Notes under the pieces: model-generated
Told to the model about the DNA's origin: nothing
The model's input: only the letters and a program-made list of their open reading frames with translations
Databases searched by the model: none
In this document: piece after piece, positions 11,362-22,590 of the stretch
How the letters are laid out: every line of letters starts with the position of its first letter
Position numbering within the stretch: the stretch's first letter is position 1
Translations under genes and position numbers: made by a program
NCBI RefSeq assembly: GCF_024502345.1
Contig: NZ_JALDNN010000001.1
Reading direction: 5' to 3' (one strand)
DNA: 64,000 nucleotides
From: Escherichia coli
GTDB taxonomy: Bacteria > Pseudomonadota > Gammaproteobacteria > Enterobacterales > Enterobacteriaceae

Positions 11362-12759
11362 ATTTTTACCCGAGTCGCTAATTTTTGCCGCAAGGTGCTA
11401 AGCCGCGAGGAAAGCGAGGCTGAACAGGCAGTCGCCCGTCCACAGGTGACGGTGATCCCGCGTGAGCAGCATGCTATTTCCCGCAAAGATATCAGTGAAA
11501 ATGCCCTGAAGGTAATGTACAGGCTCAACAAAGCGGGATACGAAGCCTGGCTGGTTGGCGGCGGCGTGCGCGACCTGTTACTTGGCAAAAAGCCGAAAGA
11601 TTTTGACGTAACCACTAACGCCACGCCTGAGCAGGTGCGCAAACTGTTCCGTAACTGCCGCCTGGTGGGTCGCCGTTTCCGTCTGGCTCATGTAATGTTT
11701 GGCCCGGAGATTATCGAAGTTGCGACCTTCCGTGGACACCACGAAGGTAACGTCAGCGACCGCACGACCTCCCAACGCGGGCAAAACGGCATGTTGCTGC
11801 GCGACAACATTTTCGGCTCCATCGAAGAAGACGCCCAGCGCCGCGATTTCACTATCAACAGCCTCTATTACAGCGTAGCGGATTTTACCGTCCGTGATTA
11901 CGTTGGCGGTATGAAGGATCTGAAGGACGGCGTTATCCGTCTGATTGGTAACCCGGAAACGCGCTACCGTGAAGATCCGGTACGTATGCTGCGCGCGGTA
12001 CGTTTTGCCGCCAAATTGGGTATGCGCATCAGCCCGGAAACCGCAGAACCGATCCCTCGCCTCGCTACCCTGTTGAACGATATCCCACCGGCACGCCTGT
12101 TTGAAGAATCGCTTAAACTGCTACAAGCGGGCTACGGTTACGATACCTATAAGCTGTTGTGTGAATATCATCTGTTCCAGCCGCTGTTCCCGACCATTAC
12201 CCGCTACTTCACGGAAAATGGCGACAGCCCGATGGAGCGGATCATTGAACAGGTGCTGAAGAATACCGATACGCGTATCCATAACGATATGCGCGTGAAC
12301 CCGGCGTTCCTGTTTGCCGCCATGTTCTGGTACCCACTGCTGGAGACGGCACAGAAGATTGCCCAGGAAAGCGGCCTGACCTATCACGACGCTTTCGCGC
12401 TGGCGATGAACGACGTGCTGGACGAAGCCTGCCGTTCACTGGCAATCCCGAAACGTCTGACGACGTTAACCCGCGATATCTGGCAGTTGCAGTTGCGTAT
12501 GTCCCGTCGTCAGGGTAAACGCGCATGGAAACTGCTGGAGCATCCTAAGTTCCGTGCGGCTTATGACCTGTTGGCCTTGCGAGCTGAAGTTGAACGTAAC
12601 GCTGAACTGCAGCGTCTGGTGAAATGGTGGGGTGAGTTCCAGGTTTCCGCGCCACCAGATCAAAAAGGGATGCTTAACGAGTTGGATGAAGAGCCGTCAC
12701 CGCGTCGCCGTACTCGTCGTCCACGCAAACGCGCACCGCGTCGTGAGGGTACCGCATGA
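11362..12759 (+). CDS. pcnB: Poly(A) polymerase I
   Basis: Nucleotidyltransferase motif ([10 protein letters not shown]...DFD), basic C-terminal tail; start assigned to the ATT codon at 11362 (recalled non-AUG start of K-12 pcnB); an in-frame TTG lies at 11341. Confidence 0.85.
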   Translation: MFTRVANFCRKVLSREESEAEQAVARPQVTVIPREQHAISRKDISENALKVMYRLNKAGYEAWLVGGGVRDLLLGKKPKDFDVTTNATPEQVRKLFRNCRLVGRRFRLAHVMFGPEIIEVATFRGHHEGNVSDRTTSQRGQNGMLLRDNIFGSIEEDAQRRDFTINSLYYSVADFTVRDYVGGMKDLKDGVIRLIGNPETRYREDPVRMLRAVRFAAKLGMRISPETAEPIPRLATLLNDIPPARLFEESLKLLQAGYGYDTYKLLCEYHLFQPLFPTITRYFTENGDSPMERIIEQVLKNTDTRIHNDMRVNPAFLFAAMFWYPLLETAQKIAQESGLTYHDAFALAMNDVLDEACRSLAIPKRLTTLTRDIWQLQLRMSRRQGKRAWKLLEHPKFRAAYDLLALRAEVERNAELQRLVKWWGEFQVSAPPDQKGMLNELDEEPSPRRRTRRPRKRAPRREGTA

Positions 12760-13238
12760 CAGTTGCGTATATTGCCATAGGCAGCAATCTGGCCTCTCCG
12801 CTGGAGCAGGTCAATGCTGCCCTGAAAGCATTAGGCGATATCCCTGAAAGCCACATTCTTACCGTTTCTTCGTTTTACCGCACCCCACCGCTGGGGCCGC
12901 AAGATCAACCCGATTACTTAAACGCAGCCGTGGCGCTGGAAACAACACTTGCGCCTGAAGAATTACTTAATCACACACAGCAAATAGAGTTGCAGCAAGG
13001 TCGCGTTCGTAAAGCAGAACGCTGGGGACCGCGCATACTCGATCTTGATATCATGTTGTTTGGTAATGAAACCATTAATACCGAACGACTCACCGTCCCG
13101 CATTACGATATGAAGAATCGCGGCTTTATGCTGTGGCCGCTGTTTGAGATTGCCCCGGAACTCGTGTTTCCTGATGGGGAGACATTACGTGAAATACTCA
13201 CTTCGCTAGCAGTACTACAACCTGCCATCTGGTATTAG
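12756..13238 (+). CDS. folK: 6-hydroxymethyl-7,8-dihydropterin pyrophosphokinase
   Basis: HPPK-like sequence; ATG overlaps the pcnB stop (ATGA), as in K-12. Confidence 0.9.
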   Translation: MTVAYIAIGSNLASPLEQVNAALKALGDIPESHILTVSSFYRTPPLGPQDQPDYLNAAVALETTLAPEELLNHTQQIELQQGRVRKAERWGPRILDLDIMLFGNETINTERLTVPHYDMKNRGFMLWPLFEIAPELVFPDGETLREILTSLAVLQPAIWY

Positions 13239-13519
13239 CTGTATTATTTTATTTTCTTATCTTACTCCTCACTTCCCCTCTTACAGATTAAATATACTTA
13301 ATTTACATTTTAGTTTTTTTTAATTAATTCATGAAATAGCACTTCATGCAAATAGATTAGGCATTTTTTGTTTAAAAAACCTAGAATAACAACAATTCAA
13401 TACACCACGTAAATATATTCACACAAGTGATACCTCTCCCCCTATTACATCCTTCCCCGACTTTAAGTAATATCCGCTCGCAATATTAATTTCGTATAAT
13501 TTTTGTAAGGATGCATGTA

Positions 13520-14116
13520 ATGAAAAAAGCACTTCTCGCAGCCGCTTTAGTAATGGCTTCTGGTTCCGCCTTGGCTGTAGATGGTGGTCATATCGACTTT
13601 AACGGTATGGTACAGTCCGGTACCTGTAAAGTGGGTGTGGTAGATACCGGTATGCACAGCGTTACCACTGATGGCGTGGTTACCCTGGATACTGCGAATG
13701 TTACTGATACTTTTACTGAAGTAAGTGCAACTGCTGTTGGTTTACTGCCGAAAGAGTTCATGATTTCTGTTGAGTGTGATCCAGGTGCTCCGAAGAATGC
13801 TGAGTTGACTATGGGTTCTGCAAGCTACGCGAACACCAGCGGTACCCTGAATAACAATATGAACATCACTGTTAACGGTATTGCACCGGCTCAGAACGTG
13901 AACATTGCAGTTCATAACATGAAAAACAAAGCTGGCGCTGCTGAAATTAAGCAGGTCCATATGAACAACTCTTCTGAAGTTCAGGAACTGACATTAGACG
14001 CAGAAGGTAAAGGTCAGTACGTGTTTAACGCATCTTACGTTAAAGCACCGAACAGCCCGGCTGTTACTGCTGGTCATGTAACCACTAACGCACTGTACAC
14101 CATTGCTTATAAATAA
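13520..14116 (+). CDS. yadN: Fimbrial major subunit (chaperone-usher pilin)
   Basis: Signal peptide, conserved Cys pair, C-terminal pilin strand (TIAYK); first gene of the yad operon. Confidence 0.8.
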   Translation: MKKALLAAALVMASGSALAVDGGHIDFNGMVQSGTCKVGVVDTGMHSVTTDGVVTLDTANVTDTFTEVSATAVGLLPKEFMISVECDPGAPKNAELTMGSASYANTSGTLNNNMNITVNGIAPAQNVNIAVHNMKNKAGAAEIKQVHMNNSSEVQELTLDAEGKGQYVFNASYVKAPNSPAVTAGHVTTNALYTIAYK

Positions 14117-14196
14117 TTAATGGTGTGTTGAGCATAAGGTTTGCCGCCAGGCAGACCTTATTTTCGCTAATTTAATCTTTCTACAGACAGCAAGGA

Positions 14197-14928
14197 GTGC
14201 TTATGTTTCCCTTGGTTAAAAAAACGGTTAGTGCATTATTTGTAAGTACTCTGTTAGCCAGTGCGCCTGCATTCGCTGACATTATTATTTCCGGAACTCG
14301 TATCATTTATAACGCTGATAAAAAAGATGTTAACGTTCGTCTGGAAAATAAAGGGAATCGCCCCTTACTGATTCAGAACTGGTTGGATACTGGCGACGAC
14401 AATGCCGATCCCAGCCAGATCAAAGTGCCATTTACCTCTACGCCGCCTGTTTCACGCGTTGAGCCAAAACGCGGTCAAACCGTAAAAGTGATGTACACCG
14501 GTGCAACAGCCCTGCCTAAAGACCGGGAAAGTGTCTACTGGTTTAACGTGCTGGAAGTGCCGCCTAAGCCGAAAGATGCTGAGTCTGACAAAAACTTATT
14601 ACAATTGGCTTTCCGCACACGCATCAAACTCTTTTATCGCCCGAGCGGTTTACAGGGAGAACCGGCTGAAGCACCGGCGAAAATCACCTGGAAATTAAAC
14701 AACGCTCAGTTACAGGCAAATAACCCAACGCCATATTACGTGTCCTTTAATGAGGTCAAGCTGGAAAGTGGCGGCAAAACCTACAACGTCAATTCCAGCA
14801 TGGTCGCGCCGTTCAGCCAGGCAAGCTTTCGCGTAACCGGTCTACCAGGAAGCGTTTCATCCGGGAAAGTGATCTTTAAAGCGATCAACGACTTTGGCGG
14901 CAACATCGATGGTTCCGCAACATTGTAA
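14197..14928 (+). CDS. yadV: Periplasmic fimbrial chaperone (PapD-like)
   Basis: PapD-family features: signal peptide and conserved segments (RIIYNAD, VYWFNVLEVPP). Confidence 0.85.
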   Translation: MLMFPLVKKTVSALFVSTLLASAPAFADIIISGTRIIYNADKKDVNVRLENKGNRPLLIQNWLDTGDDNADPSQIKVPFTSTPPVSRVEPKRGQTVKVMYTGATALPKDRESVYWFNVLEVPPKPKDAESDKNLLQLAFRTRIKLFYRPSGLQGEPAEAPAKITWKLNNAQLQANNPTPYYVSFNEVKLESGGKTYNVNSSMVAPFSQASFRVTGLPGSVSSGKVIFKAINDFGGNIDGSATL

Positions 14929-14969
14929 AAAATAAACGGATTCTTTTTAACATCGCCAGGAATGCAACC

Positions 14970-17570
14970 TTGTACCAGTTTACTCATCAAATAAGCCGTA
15001 TCCCGAAAAAAACGCTACTTGCGGCCTGTTGTGCCCTGTTTTATAGCAGCAACGGTGCTGCGGCAGACACGGTGGAATATGACAGTTCCTTCTTAATGGG
15101 AACTGGCGCATCAACGATTGATGTTAAACGTTATGCTCAAGGCAACCCGACACCCCCGGGCCTCTATAATGTCCGCGTGTTTGTAAACGGTCAGGCGACG
15201 TCCAGCTTAGAAATTCCGTTTGTGGATATTGGCGAAGCCAGCGCAGCGGCCTGTATTACCCACAAAAACCTGGCGCAACTCCACATAAAGCAACCTGAAC
15301 AGCCTGTCACTTTACTCGCCAGAGAAGGTGAAGAAGAGGATTGTCTGGATTTGGCAAAGTCATACGAAAAGGCGGATGTGCGCTTTGACGGCAGTGACCA
15401 GTTTCTCGATCTGACTATTCCTCAGGCCTATGTTCTGAAAAACTACGGTGGTTATGTCGACCCCTCACTGTGGGAGTCAGGGATTAACGCTGCCACACTG
15501 GCATATACCCTGAACGCCTATCATACAAGTTCAAATAACGACAATAGTGACAGCGCCTATGGCGCATTTAACTCAGGTATCAATTTAGGAGCCTGGCACT
15601 TCCGTGCGCGCGGTAACTATAACTGGACAACAGATAACGGCAGCGATTTCGATTTCCAGGATCGTTACTTACAGCGTGACATTCCGGCAATCCGTTCACA
15701 GATAATTATGGGTGATGCCTATACCACCGGTGAAACATTTGACTCTGTCAACGTCCGCGGCGTTCGCCTGTACAGCGATAGCCGTATGCTGCCTTCGGCG
15801 CTGGCCAGTTACGCTCCGACCATCCGCGGTGTAGCAAACTCCAACGCCAAAGTCACCGTGACGCAAAGCGGTTATAAAATCTATGAAACCACCGTACCAC
15901 CCGGTGAATTTGTTATAGACGACATTAGCCCCTCCGGCTTTGGTAGCGAACTGGTCGTGACCATTGAAGAAGCGGATGGTTCCAAACGCACCTTTACGCA
16001 ACCCTTCTCGTCGGTTGTACAAATGCAACGTCCTGGTGTGGGCCGTTGGGATTTCAGCGCGGGTAAAGTCATTGATGACAGTCTGCGATCCGAACCCAAT
16101 ATGGGACAAGCCTCTTATTACTATGGTCTGAATAACCTCTTCACGGGTTATACCGGTATTCAGTTCACCGATAATAACTATCTTGCCGGGCTGTTAGGTG
16201 TGGGTATCAACACCAGCATCGGTGCCTTTGCGGTAGACGTTACCCATTCCCGTGCTGAAATTCCGGATGATAAAACCTACCAGGGGCAAAGTTATCGCGT
16301 GACCTGGAACAAATTATTCCAGGATACCGGGACATCATTTAACCTCGCGGCGTACCGCTATTCCACCCAAGATTACCTGGGCCTGCATGATGCGTTAGTC
16401 CTCATTGACGACGCCAAACATTTGTCTGCCGATGAAGACAAAAACACCATGCAGACGTACTCACGTATGAAAAACCAGTTTACCGTCAGCATCAACCAGC
16501 CGCTGAAAACGACTTACGAAGATTACGGTTCACTGTTTATTTCTGGTAGCTGGACGGATTACTGGGCGGCGAACAATAGCCGCACTGAATATAATGTTGG
16601 TTACAGTAAAAGCGTTTCGTGGGGCAGTTTCAGCGTCAACCTGCAACGTAGCTGGAATGAAGACGGCGAGAAAGATGACGCGATGTACGTCAGCGTTAGC
16701 GTACCTATTGAGAATATTTTAGGTGGCAAACGTAAGTCTTCTGGTTTCCGCAATTTAAATACTCAGCTCAATACCGATTTCGATGGTTCACATCAGTTGA
16801 ATGTTAACAGTTCCGGTAACACTGAAAACAATCTGGTGAACTACAGTGTCAACGCAGGTTATAGCCTCGATAAAAACTCCGGCGATTTAGCCTCTGTTGG
16901 TGGTTATCTCAACTATGAATCAGGGTTAGGCGGTATTTCCGCTTCGGCCTCGGCCACTTCGGATAACAGCCAACAGTACTCCATCTCCACCGATGGAGGC
17001 TTTGTATTACACAGTGGTGGTTTAACGTTCACTAACAACAGTTTCAGCAGTAACGACACGCTGGTGTTAATCAACGCCCCAGGTGCTAAAGGCGCACGAA
17101 TCAATAACAGTAATAACGAAATCGATCGCTGGGGATATGCCGTGACGTCCTCTGTCAGCCCCTACCGTGAAAACCGGGTAGGTCTGAACATTGAAACACT
17201 GGAAAACGATGTTGAACTGAAAAGTACCAGCGCCACCACCGTACCACGTAGCGGCTCCGTTGTTTTGACCCGGTTCGAAACTGACGAGGGGCGTTCTGTC
17301 GTGCTGAATATTACTGCCGCCAATGGCAAATCTATTCCGTTTGCTGCGGAGGTTTACCAGGATGACGTGATGATCGGCAGCATGGGCCAGGGTGGTCAGG
17401 CATTTGTGCGCGGTATTAACGACAGCGGGGAATTAATCGTGCGTTGGTATGAAAACAACCAAACCATTGACTGTAAGTTGCACTACCAGTTCCCGGCCCA
17501 GCCACAAACGCTGGGAAGTACCAACACCTTATTACTTAATAATCTTACCTGTCAGGTAGCAAATCACTAA
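14970..17570 (+). CDS. htrE: Fimbrial outer membrane usher
   Basis: 866-aa usher-like protein with signal peptide; sits between chaperone and minor pilins. Confidence 0.85.
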   Translation: MYQFTHQISRIPKKTLLAACCALFYSSNGAAADTVEYDSSFLMGTGASTIDVKRYAQGNPTPPGLYNVRVFVNGQATSSLEIPFVDIGEASAAACITHKNLAQLHIKQPEQPVTLLAREGEEEDCLDLAKSYEKADVRFDGSDQFLDLTIPQAYVLKNYGGYVDPSLWESGINAATLAYTLNAYHTSSNNDNSDSAYGAFNSGINLGAWHFRARGNYNWTTDNGSDFDFQDRYLQRDIPAIRSQIIMGDAYTTGETFDSVNVRGVRLYSDSRMLPSALASYAPTIRGVANSNAKVTVTQSGYKIYETTVPPGEFVIDDISPSGFGSELVVTIEEADGSKRTFTQPFSSVVQMQRPGVGRWDFSAGKVIDDSLRSEPNMGQASYYYGLNNLFTGYTGIQFTDNNYLAGLLGVGINTSIGAFAVDVTHSRAEIPDDKTYQGQSYRVTWNKLFQDTGTSFNLAAYRYSTQDYLGLHDALVLIDDAKHLSADEDKNTMQTYSRMKNQFTVSINQPLKTTYEDYGSLFISGSWTDYWAANNSRTEYNVGYSKSVSWGSFSVNLQRSWNEDGEKDDAMYVSVSVPIENILGGKRKSSGFRNLNTQLNTDFDGSHQLNVNSSGNTENNLVNYSVNAGYSLDKNSGDLASVGGYLNYESGLGGISASASATSDNSQQYSISTDGGFVLHSGGLTFTNNSFSSNDTLVLINAPGAKGARINNSNNEIDRWGYAVTSSVSPYRENRVGLNIETLENDVELKSTSATTVPRSGSVVLTRFETDEGRSVVLNITAANGKSIPFAAEVYQDDVMIGSMGQGGQAFVRGINDSGELIVRWYENNQTIDCKLHYQFPAQPQTLGSTNTLLLNNLTCQVANH

Positions 17571-17571
17571 T

Positions 17572-18132
17572 ATGGAAAATTCTATGAAAAGGATACTACT
17601 AACATCCGCGTTAATAGGCCTGGGTTTACCGGCGGTTGGCTCTGCAACAGATCTTAATGTCGATTTTACGGCCACCGTATTAGCCACCACCTGCACGATA
17701 ACTATCGTACAAGATGGTGGCCCAGTAGTGACGGGTAGTAACGGTGAATATAGCCTGACAATTCCCGATGTTGGCCTGGATAAAGTTATAACTGGAGATG
17801 TTGCAGCTCAAGCCAACTTTAAATTACTGGCTTCCGATTGCAGCAATGGTTACTCAAAGATTTTTACCACACTTACAGGTGCATCTGTTTCAGGTAAGTT
17901 GATTGTCAATGAAGCAAGCTCTGGCGCTACTGGTGTGGGTATGGGGATTAAGCGTAGAGATACCGCAGACTCAACTTTCTTTACACCCAATAATACTGAC
18001 AAATTTGAATGGACCACCGATGAGAAAGCTAACGGTGTGCCTCTAACCGTAGCACTGCGCGAAACAACGGCGGGAGCAGGACGCACCGGTGCGTTTCAGG
18101 CAAAAGCCACCTTTAACTTCACCTACGAATAA
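17572..18132 (+). CDS. yadM: Fimbrial minor subunit
   Basis: Pilin-like: signal peptide, Cys pair, C-terminal beta strand (FNFTYE). Confidence 0.75.
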   Translation: MENSMKRILLTSALIGLGLPAVGSATDLNVDFTATVLATTCTITIVQDGGPVVTGSNGEYSLTIPDVGLDKVITGDVAAQANFKLLASDCSNGYSKIFTTLTGASVSGKLIVNEASSGATGVGMGIKRRDTADSTFFTPNNTDKFEWTTDEKANGVPLTVALRETTAGAGRTGAFQAKATFNFTYE

Positions 18133-18146
18133 CAGGGACAGCCACC

Positions 18147-18758
18147 ATGAAATTAAAAGTCATCGCTACACTGATTGCCACTGTTGCCGTGGGTGCCAGC
18201 GTTAGCAACAATCTCGCTTATGCGGGTACGACATCCGCCTCTTTAACCGTAAACAGTAACCTGACTATGGGTACCTGTAGTGCGAAGATACTGGATACCA
18301 GTGATACCGTGACCGATACCGTTGCCTTTAACAATGTTTATATTTCTGAACTGGCAGCCAAAAGCAAGGTACAACCATTTAAAATCCGTTTCAGCGATTG
18401 CGCCGGTCTTCCAGGAAAAAGTGCTCAACTCGTATTGGCACCCAAAGGTATCGGTTGCGCTGGCGGCATGTCTAACACTGCCGGCTTTGCAAATAAACTT
18501 AACTCCACCACCGAAGGTGGTTCAAGCGGAGCAGCTGTCGAAGTATGGACGACTACGACCCCCGGGGGAAGTGGCAGTAAGCAATTCAGTTGCATTCAGC
18601 GAAACGTCGTCAATGTCGATCTTTCTAATGCCAGCACAACACAGCCTTATGATTTCGATTTAAGCGCGCGGATGATTCTCGCTGAAGGGAGAACGGTTAA
18701 TGATGCATTACCGGGTAGTTTCCTCTCTCCTACGACTTTCACAATCACTTATCAGTAA
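18147..18758 (+). CDS. yadL: Fimbrial minor subunit
   Basis: Pilin-like: signal peptide, C-terminal TFTITYQ. Confidence 0.75.
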   Translation: MKLKVIATLIATVAVGASVSNNLAYAGTTSASLTVNSNLTMGTCSAKILDTSDTVTDTVAFNNVYISELAAKSKVQPFKIRFSDCAGLPGKSAQLVLAPKGIGCAGGMSNTAGFANKLNSTTEGGSSGAAVEVWTTTTPGGSGSKQFSCIQRNVVNVDLSNASTTQPYDFDLSARMILAEGRTVNDALPGSFLSPTTFTITYQ

Positions 18759-18778
18759 TAGCGGATAAGGATATTAGA

Positions 18779-19369
18779 ATGCTATGCAGGCATCATAAAT
18801 TTGTACGCTTTTTGGGGCTGGTAACAGCCCTCGTTACGCCTTTTGCCTATGCTGGCCAGGATGTGAATCTCACCGCGCAGATTGTGGCCAGTACCTGTCA
18901 GGTTGAAGTCAGTAATAATGGCGTTGTCGATCTCGGCACAGTGACGCTGGACTATTTTGCTGACAATGTGACCCCGACAACGGATTATGCGGGTGGCAAA
19001 ACGTTTAATGTTAATGTGGTCTCTTGCGATAACATTCAAACGACACAGTCGCAAATGAAATTAGATTTTCAGCCGCAGGCGGGATCGCTTGCGCAGGTGA
19101 ATAATCAAATTTTTAGTAATGAATATGAACAGCAGGCTACCGGGGCGAAAAACGTCGGCATTGTGATATTTTCGGCCCAGCCGAATCAGCAGACATTTAA
19201 CGTGCGAGGAACGGATGGTTCCTCAACAGCAATTTATTCGGTCGCGCCTGGCAACGCTGCTCCCTCAACCTGGACCTTTTATTCCCGTATGCAACGGGTG
19301 AATAATGCCCTTCCTCCTGAATCGGGAATGGTGAGAAGCCAGGTTATTGTTAATGTATCTTATGAATAA
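18779..19369 (+). CDS. yadK: Fimbrial minor subunit
   Basis: Pilin-like: signal peptide, C-terminal VIVNVSYE. Confidence 0.75.
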   Translation: MLCRHHKFVRFLGLVTALVTPFAYAGQDVNLTAQIVASTCQVEVSNNGVVDLGTVTLDYFADNVTPTTDYAGGKTFNVNVVSCDNIQTTQSQMKLDFQPQAGSLAQVNNQIFSNEYEQQATGAKNVGIVIFSAQPNQQTFNVRGTDGSSTAIYSVAPGNAAPSTWTFYSRMQRVNNALPPESGMVRSQVIVNVSYE

Positions 19370-19380
19370 TAAGGATAATT

Positions 19381-20493
19381 ATGCAAAGGAAAGGCAATAA
19401 ACTGTTAATTCAGTTATGCAGTGCGATACTGCTATTTTTTACCACATCCTGGTATGCATTGGCGACTGAATGTTATATAGAGAGCAATGCTGCAGGGGCT
19501 TATGATATTGTTATAAACCCAACTCCCTTCAGTATACAGTCAGCGATGGTCACAGTCCCGGAGGAAATATCTTTCGCGGCCTCGGATGTTCATATTGACC
19601 TTCGAGGGGATAAGATTGGCTGTAAATCCTTAGGTAGTAACACAAGCGCGGTACATTTTCTTAATACTGCTGATGCCAGTAACATATCTACCTACACTGA
19701 CAGTCACGGTAATGGTTTATTGAAAACAACCGTTACGGGTATTGTTTATTCAGTAGAATTACAATGTAGAAATTGTGGAGCCGCGGAGGATCTTAGTTTG
19801 ATGCTTCCAGCACAAAGCGGTGGAGATAATCATACAAGCAACTCTGATACAAAGTGGGCCTATGAGTATAGTGACGATAGCTGGTATTTACGATTTCGTT
19901 TTTTCTGGACCCCGGAATATAAACCCCAAAATGGGGTTTCAGAAGGATTTGCGATACCAGGTAAAATAGCCTCCTGGTATATAGGCAATGAGAATCAACC
20001 ATGGATAAATTTTTTCGTTGATACAAGCTCCCTGCATTTTTACGTGGAGGAACCCACCTGTCAAACAGTTGCCCTGGCACAAGATCAGGGTAATGTCAGC
20101 GGCAACCAGGTAACGCTTGGGAACAACTATGTTTCGGAAGTGAAAAATGGGCTTACGCGGGAAATTCCTTTTGCCATCCGCGCTGAATACTGTTATGCCA
20201 GTAAGATTACGGTTAAGTTGAAAGCGGCAAATAAGCCCAGCGACGCCACTCTGGTAGGTAAAACAACGGGCTCTGCTTCAGGCGTGGCTGTAAAAGTGCA
20301 TTCAACTTACGAAGACAGCAAAGTATTGTTAAAAGCAGATGGTAGCAACACGGTTGACTACAACTTCGCAATCTGGTCAAACAACCTGCTGAATTTGCCC
20401 TTTACGGCACAGTTGGTACCGGATGGCAGTGGTAATGCAGTCGGTGTTGGAACATTTTCAGGAAACGCGACCTTCTCCTTTACCTACGAATAA
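19381..20493 (+). CDS. yadC: Fimbrial tip adhesin (two-domain adhesin-pilin)
   Basis: 370 aa with signal peptide and C-terminal pilin domain ending FSFTYE; last gene of the yad operon. Confidence 0.75.
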   Translation: MQRKGNKLLIQLCSAILLFFTTSWYALATECYIESNAAGAYDIVINPTPFSIQSAMVTVPEEISFAASDVHIDLRGDKIGCKSLGSNTSAVHFLNTADASNISTYTDSHGNGLLKTTVTGIVYSVELQCRNCGAAEDLSLMLPAQSGGDNHTSNSDTKWAYEYSDDSWYLRFRFFWTPEYKPQNGVSEGFAIPGKIASWYIGNENQPWINFFVDTSSLHFYVEEPTCQTVALAQDQGNVSGNQVTLGNNYVSEVKNGLTREIPFAIRAEYCYASKITVKLKAANKPSDATLVGKTTGSASGVAVKVHSTYEDSKVLLKADGSNTVDYNFAIWSNNLLNLPFTAQLVPDGSGNAVGVGTFSGNATFSFTYE

Positions 20494-20627
20494 GTAAAAC
20501 GTCATTCCCTCCTCATCGCACCAGAGTTCTGCTCTGGTGCGAACGTTTTCCCCCACGAAAAGCCATTGCCCCCTTGTTTTCGGCTGTTAGAATGCGATCA
20601 ATCTGACTTTAGCCATCAGGATACGTT

Positions 20628-21422
20628 ATGAAACCGACCACTATTGCTTCACTACAGAAATATAAGCAGGAAAAAAAACGCTTCGCCACCATCACCGCCT
20701 ATGACTACAGCTTCGCCAAACTGTTTGCTGATGAAGGGCTGAATGTGATGCTGGTGGGCGACTCGCTGGGCATGACGGTTCAGGGGCACGACTCCACCCT
20801 GCCAGTTACCGTTGCTGATATCGCCTACCACACTGCCGCCGTACGTCGCGGCGCACCAAACTGCCTGTTGTTGGCTGACCTGCCGTTTATGGCGTATGCC
20901 ACGCCGGAACAAGCCTTTGAAAACGCCGCAACGGTTATGCGTGCCGGTGCTAACATGGTCAAAATTGAAGGCGGTGAGTGGCTGGTCGAAACCGTAAAAA
21001 TGTTGACCGAACGTGCCGTTCCTGTATGTGGTCACTTAGGTTTAACCCCACAGTCAGTGAATATTTTCGGTGGCTACAAAGTTCAGGGGCGCGGCGATGA
21101 AGCGAGCGATCGACTGCTTAGCGATGCATTAGCCTTAGAAGCCGCTGGTGCACAGTTGCTGGTGCTGGAGTGCGTGCCGGTTGAACTGGCAAAACGTATT
21201 ACCGAAGCACTGGCGATCCCGGTGATTGGCATTGGCGCAGGTAACGTCACCGACGGACAAATTCTTGTGATGCATGACGCCTTTGGTATTACAGGCGGTC
21301 ACATCCCTAAATTTGCCAAAAATTTCCTCGCAGAAACGGGCGACATCCGCGCGGCGGTGCGGCAGTATATGGCTGAAGTGGAGTCCGGCGTTTACCCGGG
21401 CGAAGAACACAGTTTCCATTAA
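20628..21422 (+). CDS. panB: 3-methyl-2-oxobutanoate hydroxymethyltransferase
   Basis: 264-aa PanB-like translation; K-12 synteny with panC. Confidence 0.9.
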   Translation: MKPTTIASLQKYKQEKKRFATITAYDYSFAKLFADEGLNVMLVGDSLGMTVQGHDSTLPVTVADIAYHTAAVRRGAPNCLLLADLPFMAYATPEQAFENAATVMRAGANMVKIEGGEWLVETVKMLTERAVPVCGHLGLTPQSVNIFGGYKVQGRGDEASDRLLSDALALEAAGAQLLVLECVPVELAKRITEALAIPVIGIGAGNVTDGQILVMHDAFGITGGHIPKFAKNFLAETGDIRAAVRQYMAEVESGVYPGEEHSFH

Positions 21423-21433
21423 GGAGTAACGTT

Positions 21434-22285
21434 GTGTTAATTATCGAAACCCTGCCGATACTGCGTCAGCAAATTCGCCGCCTGCGTATGGAAGGCAAGC
21501 GCGTGGCGCTGGTGCCTACTATGGGCAACCTGCATGATGGCCACATGAAGCTGGTCGACGAAGCCAAAGCCCGCGCCGATGTGGTCGTCGTCAGTATTTT
21601 CGTTAACCCGATGCAGTTCGACCGCCCGGAGGACCTGGCTCGTTACCCACGGACCTTGCAGGAAGACTGCGAAAAGCTGAACAAGCGCAAAGTGGATCTG
21701 GTTTTCGCGCCCTCGGTAAAAGAGATCTACCCGAACGGTACTGAAACCCATACTTACGTTGACGTTCCCGGGCTTTCGACCATGCTGGAAGGCGCGAGCC
21801 GTCCGGGGCATTTTCGCGGCGTTTCGACTATCGTCAGCAAGCTGTTTAACCTGGTCCAGCCGGACATCGCCTGCTTCGGTGAAAAGGACTTTCAGCAACT
21901 GGCGCTGATCCGCAAAATGGTTGCCGATATGGGCTTCGATATTGAGATTGTTGGCGTCCCGATTATGCGCGCCAAAGATGGCCTTGCGCTCAGTTCCCGT
22001 AATGGTTATCTGACGGCAGAACAACGCAAAATTGCGCCCGGTCTGTACAAAGTTTTAAGTTCGATTGCCGACAAATTACAGGCTGGCGAGCGGGATCTCG
22101 ATGAAATTATTGCCATTGCAGGGCAAGAACTGAATGAAAAAGGCTTCCGCGCCGATGATATTCAGATTCGCGATGCCGACACGTTGCTGGAAGTCTCTGA
22201 AACCAGCAAACGAGCTGTAATTCTGGTAGCCGCCTGGCTTGGCGATGCCCGCCTGATCGACAACAAGATGGTCGAACTGGCGTAA
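21434..22285 (+). CDS. panC: Pantoate--beta-alanine ligase
   Basis: GTG start; HIGH-like motif (MGNLHDGH) of pantothenate synthetase. Confidence 0.9.
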   Translation: MLIIETLPILRQQIRRLRMEGKRVALVPTMGNLHDGHMKLVDEAKARADVVVVSIFVNPMQFDRPEDLARYPRTLQEDCEKLNKRKVDLVFAPSVKEIYPNGTETHTYVDVPGLSTMLEGASRPGHFRGVSTIVSKLFNLVQPDIACFGEKDFQQLALIRKMVADMGFDIEIVGVPIMRAKDGLALSSRNGYLTAEQRKIAPGLYKVLSSIADKLQAGERDLDEIIAIAGQELNEKGFRADDIQIRDADTLLEVSETSKRAVILVAAWLGDARLIDNKMVELA

Positions 22286-22380
22286 TACTTAACTGGCGCT
22301 ACGGCTGATGGCGCCAGTTATTAATTTGCCCTACGTCATGGCGATGACGTCTGTAAGTGATTATTCATATCGCTGGCAAT

Positions 22381-22590
22381 TTAGTTAGAGTTAATTAGCT
22401 TATCAATCTCTGTAAGAGGTAAAGTTGTCACCTCTGCAACGTCTTCCCGAGACATCCCTTTACTTAGAAAACGCTGGGCGAATTCCTGTCTTACCTTCTG
22501 GAGTTCCTCTTGATATCCCTTCTGAAATCCCTTCTCTTCAAACCACTGCGCCAACGTCTGCCTGGTTTCTCTCCGTGTCTTTATTTCCAT
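22381..22590 (-). CDS. Stand-alone Rpn C-terminal tail-like small protein (partial tandem duplicate of the rpnC 3' end)
   Basis: 69-aa ORF (..TLAQWFEEKG..SKGMSREDVAEVTTLPLTEIDKLINSN) closely parallels the last ~55 aa of the adjacent rpnC product (..TLAQWFEERG..NKGMSREDVAEMANLPLAEIDKLIN); DNA at 22381-22480 and 22659-22760 is clearly related. Confidence 0.55.
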   Translation of the reverse strand: MEIKTRRETRQTLAQWFEEKGFQKGYQEELQKVRQEFAQRFLSKGMSREDVAEVTTLPLTEIDKLINSN

